The notes under the pieces: generated by a model
Told to the model about the DNA's origin: nothing
What the model saw: the letters and a program-made list of their open reading frames with translations, nothing else
Databases searched by the model: none
Part shown: positions 17,196-24,430 of the stretch, in pieces
How positions within the stretch are numbered: position 1 is the first letter of the stretch
How the letters are laid out: every line of letters starts with the position of its first letter
NCBI RefSeq assembly: GCF_000092105.1
Contig: NC_014148.1
Location: forward strand, 4,650,001-4,682,000
Length of the DNA: 32,000 nucleotides
Source of the DNA: Planctopirus limnophila DSM 3776
Lineage (GTDB): Bacteria; Planctomycetota; Planctomycetia; Planctomycetales; Planctomycetaceae
Reading direction: 5' to 3'
Program-made: the position numbers and the translations under genes

Positions 17196-17864
17196 ATGCG
17201 GGTTGTGATACGGATTCTCGAAGGAATGGAACGAGGTGAGGTCTTTCACGACCTGACCCTGCCCTGCACTGTTGGTCGAGAAGAAGAGAATGCGGTTCAA
17301 CTGAATGATGACCGCATCAGTCGCTTTCACTGCAAACTGCAGGAAGATTCTGGCCGCGTCATTTTGACCGATCTCGACAGTACCAATGGGACGCGAGTGA
17401 ATGGCCGGGCTGTGCAGATGCATGTGCTGCAGCCGGGCGATCTGATTATGGTGGGCCGATGTGTCCTGCTTTACGGCGATGTCCCGCCACCGGCAGTCAC
17501 TTTGGTGACCAGCAATCAGGGAGCCCCTGAGACGCGCATTGGCCTGACCGATCCCGGAGATTCCGGCGATCTCGAATTCTCGATTGCGACCGATTTTGAA
17601 ATGGGCCGCAAACCCATGTTCCCTCATGGGCGCCCCGAGTTACCACTCGATCTGAAAGGGCTGCAGCGCGTTCAGTTAAACGATCTGATTGCCTGGATTC
17701 ACGACGAACTCGGGAGTGCACTGCAGAATGCGAGTGAACAGTCATCTGCGATGACAGGTCTCAGGCAATTGATCATTCCGTGGGCTCAGCGTGAGCGACT
17801 GATTGAACTGGAAGCATCGCTGGCCGACATTCTACGCCGACTATCCAGCAACGACACAGTTTGA
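17196..17864 (+). CDS. FHA-domain protein
   Basis: The N-terminal 95 aa carry an FHA signature: TVGREEENAVQLNDDRISRFHCKL...GRVILTDLDSTNGTRVNGRAV...LQPGDLIMVG. I do not recognise the C-terminal half. Confidence 0.8.
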   Translation: MRVVIRILEGMERGEVFHDLTLPCTVGREEENAVQLNDDRISRFHCKLQEDSGRVILTDLDSTNGTRVNGRAVQMHVLQPGDLIMVGRCVLLYGDVPPPAVTLVTSNQGAPETRIGLTDPGDSGDLEFSIATDFEMGRKPMFPHGRPELPLDLKGLQRVQLNDLIAWIHDELGSALQNASEQSSAMTGLRQLIIPWAQRERLIELEASLADILRRLSSNDTV

Positions 17865-17905
17865 TTCTCGGAGGCTTATGCGCCTTCTGTGAGATCATTC
17901 TTACT

Positions 17906-17994
17906 CTGCGTGCCATGCTCATTTCATGTGCCATGCTTGCAGCTCTGGGCAAGCATGTCTTCGCAACCAACACCGCTCTGTTATTTCCTGGGAG
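17906..17994 (+). repeat. Family-A repeat, copy 4, with a duplicated 5' arm
   Basis: ctgcgtgccatgctcatttcatgtgccatgcttgcagctctgggcaagcatgtcttcgcaaccaacaccgctctgttatttcctgggag. Confidence 0.85.
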
Positions 17995-18397
17995 ATATGC
18001 GCCGTGTTGGTCTCCGGAAAACAGCAAAGGGCAGCCATTCAAAGATGGCCGCCCTCTGCTCGCTGTAACGTTGCTGCCCGGCTGATCGACTTTCATCAAT
18101 CAACCGCCACCAGTTCAAAAGAACTGAGGCAAGAGTGCTTCCTGTAGAGAACTACAAGAAACTTGGCAGCCTTGTGTGCATAAAAGTGAAGTCAATTGCC
18201 TTGAAAGTGAAACAGGTCATGCCGAGAGATGGGGCTGGGCGTCGATTCGATGAAGCATTGGGAACGCCCATGCCACATATCGAATCTGGGCTTGCCGAAT
18301 TCTGCTGCCCGTAACACTCGGTTCAGGACTGATGGTCGATTTTGCAATACGACCTGCCTGAACGCCTGAAACCTCACCCGCAGGTGAGCTTCAAGAT

Positions 18398-18601
18398 TTA
18401 CGGAGCTGGTGTCGGAGTGGGAGCTGCCTTCTTGACTGTCTTCTTGGCAACAGCCTTCTTGACAGCCTTCTTGGCAACAGCCTTCTTCGCCACAGCCTTC
18501 TTGGCGACGGCCTTCTTGGCAACAGCCTTCTTAGCGACGGCCTTCTTGGCAACAGCCTTCTTCACGACGGCCTTCTTAACGGCGGCTTTCTTCTTGGCCA
18601 C
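18398..18601 (-). CDS. Lys/Ala-rich histone-H1-like / AlgP-like repetitive DNA-binding protein. A probable GTG start at 18601 is preceded by GGAGGAAG; the track ORF starts at TTG 18616.
   Basis: The protein is (M)AKKKAAVKKAVVKKAVAKKAVAKKAVAKKAVAKKAVAKKAVAKKAVKKAVAKKTVKKAAPTPTPAP. The opposite-strand ORF (FLATAF repeats) is its shadow. Confidence 0.65.
   Translation of the reverse strand: MAKKKAAVKKAVVKKAVAKKAVAKKAVAKKAVAKKAVAKKAVAKKAVKKAVAKKTVKKAAPTPTPAP
18425..18597 (-). repeat. Tandem 15-nt repeat of about 10 units (gccttcttggcaaca on the + strand), encoding the AKKAV pentapeptide repeats
   Basis: The periodicity is read directly. The units differ mostly at synonymous or near-synonymous positions. 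Confidence 0.85.
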
Positions 18602-19970
18602 TTGCTCTTCCTCCAAAAAAGAGAACTGTCGTGACCATCCTTCCCGCTGGCTTACCGGGCATCATGCGGAGAAAGGCGGGTCACATAAAAACTGTTCGTA
18701 ACCGACTGCCAACCTTGGCGAGTCGAGTAACGTCATCATCAACCTGCTTCGCTGATCACGATTGTTGTCGTGTTGTTCGCGACCTTGGCAGAGGTCATCT
18801 CACTCACTTGACAACGAGCATGTTGATAACAACATCACTGAACTGGCGACATCGTATGAATTCCTTGAAATTCTTCAAGCCAATTATCTGCTTACAGCAC
18901 TCAAAATCTGTTGAATTCTGAAAGGTTTTTACAACCTGCTCTTCATGGCCAGCCACAAGCCTGCCTTTCATCGACCTTCATGCATCACATCCAGACCATG
19001 CAGATCACGTCTTGAACACAACGATCACATGGGATATGGCCACTCGACAAAACCCGATCGCAGCGACTGCTGAAGTCCTCCTCACTCTGGTTTCATGAAC
19101 CTGATCACATCATGAGCATCGCTGAGTCATGTCTTAAAAAGGCCTGAAAAACAGGCGTTTCTGTAATGTCTGTCAGATCCAATCACATGATCATCAGCCA
19201 TCTTGCACGGCCCATCACAACATTCCCTCCTCGAACGAAGAGATGTTCCATGATGATGCACTCACCCCTCTTCTGATCATGCTCCATCATCTGCGAGACG
19301 GGTTCGACGCGATCATCGACCATCACTCACGAGCAGCCTTCAGCATCCCTCATCTCGAAGCGAAAAAATTTATGAGAACATCAGACTTTTTAATCGTTCA
19401 GTTCGAGTCATGCCCTCAGTCGATGTGCCTGGGCGACCTGATCTGGATGGAAGAGATCTTGAATCGGCGCCAAAGTTCCTTCACCGCGCTCCACCATGAG
19501 AGATGAACATGGAAAGGTTGTTGCTCTTCATGGGCCGCCCACAACGACAGCCAGAGGAAACCTGCTGTGATGTGTCCTCGACGTATGGCTGGCGACCGGG
19601 AGGCCCCAGCAAGCAGACATGGGCAAAGCTGCTTCACCCCTTCTGACGGGAGCAGCGCATGTCACTGGTTCACCACGAAGGACACGAAGATCACGAAGAG
19701 AAAACATGGACAAATTCTGGCAAGTGGCAGAAAGCATCGCACGAAGAGGGGATAACTTGAAGAATGGAGATCTTCTTGGATAACTTCGCGGGTTCGCGTG
19801 AGGATGAATTGAAATTCGGAGGTCTCTCGCGAAGACGCGAAGGCTGCGAAGGGGGAAGAGTTGGTGCATTTCGCTGGCGCTGCATGGCACCCTACGGTTG
19901 GAAGAATATAGCAGACCCTCACCCGGCCCTTTCCATCGCAGACGCAGGCGAGGGTTCCATAATTGGCCAC

Positions 19971-20012
19971 CCAACTACCAACTCCCAACTCCCAACTCCC
20001 AACACCCAACAA
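19971..20012. repeat. Six tandem heptamers (ccaacta ccaactc ccaactc ccaactc ccaacac ccaacaa), 10 nt downstream of the stop of the minus-strand isomerase gene
   Basis: Read directly. The CCAA-core 7-bp period is the same as in the array at 4729-4777. Confidence 0.8.
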
Positions 20013-20021
20013 TCAGCCACC

Positions 20022-20849
20022 TCAGCAGGAGCGGGCGTCTTCACAAAAGCGCAGCATGTGAGCAATACTATCCCGGGCAATCACTTCCGCTCCCGGGCTG
20101 TAATCGAAGACTTCCACACTCACCCACTTCGCATAGCCCGACTTAAACAGCGCATCAAAAATCGGTGCAAAGTCGGTCGTCCCCATCCCCGGGCCCAGCA
20201 GATTGGCATCATTCACATGGAAGTGAGACGTATAACTGGCGTACTTCATGATCAACTGATCAATGGGCGTCGGCTCACTGAGCATCGCCTTCACATCCTG
20301 ATGCAGTCGGATCCATGGCGAGCCGATCTGATCAATCAGCGCGACCGCCTCGCCGCAGGTGTTGAGAAAATTGGTCTCTTTGGGAGACAGCGGTTCCAGG
20401 CACAACGTCACCCGGGTCTCGGCCAGGACAGGTTCAATCGCTTCCAGCACTTCGCGAGCATGCTCCATGCCCGTTTCTTTCGTCATCCCCACTTCCAGTT
20501 GCCGCTGCTGTGGTGAACCCAGCACGAGAATCTGGCCACCCAGATCGGCACACCCTCGGGCCAGTTCCGCCAGATAGGCCGCCGTCTTCTGACGAACTGC
20601 GGCGTCTTTGGTCGTGAGATGAAACCCCTCTGTCTTCGCCAGCAGCCAGTGCAGGCCAATAATCGACAGACCATGAGCCTGAGCCACCCGGCGGTATTCG
20701 GCCCGCTGCCCGCTGCTCACATCCGTGATCCGTGGAGCCAGCGTAAACGGTGCGACTTCCAATCCTTGATAACCCAGCTCAGCCGAGAATGCGCACTGAC
20801 GCTCCCAGCTCCAGCCTTCGTACAGTTCCTGGCAGATTGCAAATCGCAT
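20022..20849 (-). CDS. Sugar phosphate isomerase/epimerase (xylose-isomerase-like TIM barrel) family protein
   Basis: From the ATG at 20849: MRFAICQELYEGWSWERQCAFSAELGYQGLEVAPF..., then CLEPLSPKETNFLNT, HFHVNDAN and VSVEVFDY. The track ORF starts 15 codons further upstream. Confidence 0.75.
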   Translation of the reverse strand: MRFAICQELYEGWSWERQCAFSAELGYQGLEVAPFTLAPRITDVSSGQRAEYRRVAQAHGLSIIGLHWLLAKTEGFHLTTKDAAVRQKTAAYLAELARGCADLGGQILVLGSPQQRQLEVGMTKETGMEHAREVLEAIEPVLAETRVTLCLEPLSPKETNFLNTCGEAVALIDQIGSPWIRLHQDVKAMLSEPTPIDQLIMKYASYTSHFHVNDANLLGPGMGTTDFAPIFDALFKSGYAKWVSVEVFDYSPGAEVIARDSIAHMLRFCEDARSC

Positions 20850-20988
20850 GAATGCCTTCCGGAATGATAACACGCCCTCAAAACGATCACTCAAGGGCCA
20901 ATAAAAAACATCTTCTCTCGAACTCGTAATCTAGTCGAGAGCATCCCTTCGATGAAAGAGAGGTTCACCCGGCAATCGACAGACCTCC

Positions 20989-21777
20989 TTAAGCCAACGG
21001 CGCTGGCCAACCCAAAAGCCGGAGTGCATTCGCAGTCGTTGTCGTCGCCAGTTCGTGTCGATCGATTTGCCTCGCATCGGCAAGCTTACCCAACGTGTAA
21101 CGGACATGGGCCGGTTCGTTCCGTTTTCCACGCAAAGGAACCGGAGCCAGATACGGCGCGTCAGTCTCAATCAGAATCCGGTCGAGAGGTGCTTCTGTCG
21201 CCACAGCCAGGAGTGCCTCGTTGCGTTTGTAAGTAATCATCCCGGAAAACGACAGATACAAACCCAGCTCCAGACATTGCCGGGCTGTCTCGGCACTTCC
21301 TGCAAACGAGTGCATCAAGCCGCACAGCGGAGCCATCCGCGACATCTCTTCGAGTAACAGCAGCGTTTCAGGCTCTGCATCCCGGCAATGGACAATAAAA
21401 GGCTTCTTCAATTCCCACGACAGCTCGATATGTCGGCGGAAATAATCCTGCTGCAATTCGATGGGTGTCTGCTTCCAATACTGATCCAACCCCGTTTCAC
21501 CCACAGCCAGCACCAGAGGATGGCGCGCCAACTGGCAGATCTCGCTCCAGTCAGTGGGTTGAGTCCCTGAGCAATAATTCGGATGAATCCCCACAGCAGC
21601 CCGCACGTGAGACTCCCGCTCGGCCAGTTCAATCGCTCGCTGACTGCTGGCCAAAGTCGTGCCAATCGACAGCATGCGCGTGACACCCAAGGCAATCGCC
21701 CGCTCGATCACATCGTCCCGCTCATTCAAAAAGGCATCTTCATCGAGATGACAATGTGTATCGAACAACTCATCCAT
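20989..21777 (-). CDS. tatD: TatD-family metal-dependent hydrolase (DNase)
   Basis: MDELFDTHCHLDEDAF (HxH motif), AVGIHPN, AVGETGLDQYW, PFIVHCRDA, LMHSFAG and LIETDAPYL are the canonical TatD motifs. Confidence 0.9.
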   Translation of the reverse strand: MDELFDTHCHLDEDAFLNERDDVIERAIALGVTRMLSIGTTLASSQRAIELAERESHVRAAVGIHPNYCSGTQPTDWSEICQLARHPLVLAVGETGLDQYWKQTPIELQQDYFRRHIELSWELKKPFIVHCRDAEPETLLLLEEMSRMAPLCGLMHSFAGSAETARQCLELGLYLSFSGMITYKRNEALLAVATEAPLDRILIETDAPYLAPVPLRGKRNEPAHVRYTLGKLADARQIDRHELATTTTANALRLLGWPAPLA

Positions 21778-21955
21778 GGAATTTCAGAACACCCGATTGA
21801 AGGTCACTGCACTGCCCGCACACTCGCTCGTTAAAACGATCAGCACGCCTTGTCAGAACTTTGAAAGACAACATCTTGAAGCGATCACTATCTCCAACTG
21901 ACATCCGGATTGCAAAAGAACCTCCTGCCGGCTGTTTCAGGGGCATGCTAGACCC

Positions 21956-22024
21956 ATCCCGGAAAACCATTGCTAGGAGAGTCGATCAAGCATGCTTGCT
22001 CCGAGCCGCAAGCATGGCACGCCA
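21956..22024 (-). repeat. Family-A repeat, copy 5; the only minus-orientation copy
   Basis: The reverse complement reads gcgtgccatgcttgcggctcggagcaagcatgcttgatcgactctcctagcaatggttttccgggatgg. Confidence 0.75.
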
Positions 22025-22310
22025 GGCGGTTTCACGGGCAACTGACCTGTGGTGCCCAAATCTCTACTCAGCACAAGGGACATCTGCGGGGAATGATTCT
22101 GTTGCGATATGATGAATGGACTCTCAGAATTCACTCAGACCTTTTCCAGACCAGTTCTCTGTTTTGTATATGCTCAGACTCGGTGAGCGAGCTTCTGAAC
22201 GAGTCCCTGACCGGTCGAAGATCCCGGTCGGCTTGCGTTCCTTCCCGCTGGCTGACAGTCTGTGAGTCATATCACTGTCAATGCTCTTCCTTAGATAATG
22301 GTCCTTGGCG

Positions 22311-23156
22311 ATGTCTGCAGATCAACCCGGTATGTCACTTCCCCGTTTCAAAGTCGGAAGCCATGAGCTTTCTTCCCGACTGATTGTCGGCACAGGCAAG
22401 TACACCACCTTTGAAGAAATGCACGATTGTCTGGCACTCAGCGGTGCCGATGTGGTGACCGTCGCGGTGAGGCGTGAGCGGTTGGTCGATAAAGAAGGCC
22501 GTAACATTCTCGACTTCATTGACCTTAAAAAGACCACCATTCTGCCGAATACGGCCGGTTGCTTTACTGCCGAAGATGCCGTTCGCACGGCCCGGCTGGG
22601 GCGCGAGATTCTCGAAGGGCTCGAAAACCCCGGTGCAAGCTGGGTCAAACTCGAAGTTCTGGGAGACAAAAAGACGTTGCTCCCCGATCCCATCGCCACT
22701 GTGGAAGCCACGCGCCAGTTGGTGAAAGATGGCTTTGAAGTGCTGGTCTATACGACCGATGACCCGATCACAGCCAAACGGTTGAAAGACGAAGGGGCTG
22801 TTTCGGTCATGCCAGCGGGTTCACCCATTGGCAGCGGGCAAGGTGTGCTCAATCCCAATAATATCCGTATCTGCCTCGAGTATCTTAAAGAGAACGACCC
22901 GGATTACCCGGTCATTGTCGATGCAGGAGTGGGCACAGCAAGCGATGTCGCCTTTGCCATGGAGTTGGGTTGCGATGCCGTCCTGCTCAATACGGCGATT
23001 GCGAGCGCTGCCCAGACACGGGACATGGCCGTGGCGATGAAGCTGGCCTGCCAGGCGGGTTATCTGGCAGCGCGGGCCGGGCGCATTCCCCGTAAACTGT
23101 ACGCGACAGCCTCGAGCCCGGAAACCGGGTTGATTTCCCCCGCAGTGCGGGGTTAA
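22311..23156 (+). CDS. thiG: Thiazole synthase
   Basis: [51 protein letters not shown] and [13 protein letters not shown] are hallmark ThiG motifs. The start is taken at ATG 22311. Confidence 0.9.
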   Translation: MSADQPGMSLPRFKVGSHELSSRLIVGTGKYTTFEEMHDCLALSGADVVTVAVRRERLVDKEGRNILDFIDLKKTTILPNTAGCFTAEDAVRTARLGREILEGLENPGASWVKLEVLGDKKTLLPDPIATVEATRQLVKDGFEVLVYTTDDPITAKRLKDEGAVSVMPAGSPIGSGQGVLNPNNIRICLEYLKENDPDYPVIVDAGVGTASDVAFAMELGCDAVLLNTAIASAAQTRDMAVAMKLACQAGYLAARAGRIPRKLYATASSPETGLISPAVRG

Positions 23157-23225
23157 CCGTTCAAATTCTGACAGATGGCCGACTGATAACTCATACGCTG
23201 TTGCTCAATCGATGGAAAACGCGAC

Positions 23226-24248
23226 ATGTCCGACGTAGTGGAAATTGATGGTGTCTCGCTGCATCTCTCTTCGCCCGATCACACGCAGGAGCAGTGGATT
23301 GGCCAACGCGAAGTGCTGATGCAGCTTCTGGCCTGCTGGCTGGTGGTCGACGATCGCGATCTGCCGCTCTCTCCCCGCCTGATTGGTGCCCCCGGGATTG
23401 GCAAAACCACTCTGGCCATTGCTGCAGGCCGACAGCGCGGGCAGGAGGTTTACATCTATCAATGTACGGCCGACACCCGCCCCGAAGACCTGCTGGTGAC
23501 ACCTGTCCTCGCGGAAGACGGGAGGATTCGCTACCACGCTTCGGCGCTCGTGACAGCCATGATTCGTGGCGGCGTCTGCATTCTCGATGAAGGGAACCGC
23601 ATGAATGAGAAGTCGTGGGCAAGTCTGGCTCCGCTCCTCGATCATCGCCGGTATGCGGAATCGATTGTGGCAGGGATTACCATTCAGGCCCATCGCGATT
23701 TTCGCTGTGCAGTGACCATGAATGAAGACGAATCAACCTTTGAAATTCCCGATTACATTCTCAGTCGCTTACAGCCCACCCTGACGCTTGGTCATCCGGC
23801 TCGTGAAGATGAACTGGCCATCCTGCGCTATCATCTGCCGTTTGCTGCCGAGGATATTCTGAACCTGACAGTTGAGTTTCTGCAGCAATCGCACGGATTG
23901 AAACTCGACTTTTCAACGCGCGATGGCATCAACGTCCTGCGGTATGCCATGAAACGGGCTGCTCAAGACCCGGAACACCCGTTGGCGCGCGATGAAGCCT
24001 GGCGGCAGTCTCTCGAAGCCTGTCTAGGTTCGGAAGCTCTCGATCTGGATCGTCTGGCAGCCAAAAACCGGCAGACGCTGGGTGGAGATGTGATGCCCAT
24101 GGGCCTCGGAGATTTCTTCTTCTCCCCCAACGACCCGCTTCATCCCGACCGTCATGACGACGACGATGAGGATGATGATCTGGATGACGATGATGATGAC
24201 ATGTACGACGACGACGATGACGAAGACGATCGTCCTTCACGCCGGTGA
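23226..24248 (+). CDS. AAA+ ATPase (AAA_5 / MoxR-CbbQ-NorQ-like) with a poly-Asp/Glu C-terminal tail
   Basis: Walker A is GAPGIGKTT and Walker B is VCILDEGNR. The tail reads [31 protein letters not shown]. Confidence 0.8.
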   Translation: MSDVVEIDGVSLHLSSPDHTQEQWIGQREVLMQLLACWLVVDDRDLPLSPRLIGAPGIGKTTLAIAAGRQRGQEVYIYQCTADTRPEDLLVTPVLAEDGRIRYHASALVTAMIRGGVCILDEGNRMNEKSWASLAPLLDHRRYAESIVAGITIQAHRDFRCAVTMNEDESTFEIPDYILSRLQPTLTLGHPAREDELAILRYHLPFAAEDILNLTVEFLQQSHGLKLDFSTRDGINVLRYAMKRAAQDPEHPLARDEAWRQSLEACLGSEALDLDRLAAKNRQTLGGDVMPMGLGDFFFSPNDPLHPDRHDDDDEDDDLDDDDDDMYDDDDDEDDRPSRR

Positions 24249-24430
24249 TAGACGGCCAGCTGACTATATTTGACGCACACCGACAAAGGCATGTTAAACA
24301 CAGCGGCTCGAGGCAGGCTGGACAGACTCTCAATGCGCCATAGATTTCCGGGATGAGTCTTACAATCTCCTCGGAATTCCCCCTATCATAATGATTCAGA
24401 AATTGAACGGACGGTCTTCGGGACGCGGAT

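Noticed and set aside
17861-18085. ORFs that encode a recurring peptide (CAMLAALGKHVFATN.ALLFPG) at 17861-18085, 17926-18147, 26905-27147, 26969-27151, the tail of 26556-27245, and the head of 2894-3463
   Set aside because: The recurring peptide simply reflects the family-A DNA repeat. Reading frames, starts and stops differ between copies, and the loop length changes frame in copy 2. These are therefore not a conserved small-protein family.
18425-18597. A regular short tandem repeat that might be mistaken for a CRISPR array
   Set aside because: The units are contiguous 15-mers with no unique spacers, and they lie in frame in a coding sequence. It is not a CRISPR array.
18342-18701. 119-aa + strand ORF with FLATAF repeats, opposite the histone-like gene
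   Set aside because: It is the complement of the AKKAV repeat. The minus-strand product matches a known protein type (KA-rich histone-H1-like) and has an SD-like GGAGGAAG before a GTG. The + ORF cannot be excluded without expression data.
19243-19506. 87-aa + ORF in the ORF-poor region. Overlapping minus-strand ORFs lie at 19416-19637, 19528-19974 and 19662-20012.
   Set aside because: None has a recognisable motif. Several run through the 9-bp and 7-bp repeat arrays, giving LRDLRVLRGE and ELGVGSW-type peptides. They also mutually overlap. They are treated as non-coding pending RNA or protein evidence.
22177-22250. A TPP (THI-box) riboswitch-like stretch upstream of thiG: GACTCGGTGAGC...CTGAACGAG..CCCTGACCGGTCGAAGATCCCGGTC
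   Set aside because: It resembles the GACUCGGGGUGC start and the ACCUGAUCUGG...CCAG helix of thiM-type riboswitches. It lacks a proper CUGAGA bulge with an ACCC partner and the closing GCGUAGGGAA segment, and the spacing is far too short. It is more simply two unrelated hairpins. A cmsearch with RF00059 would decide.
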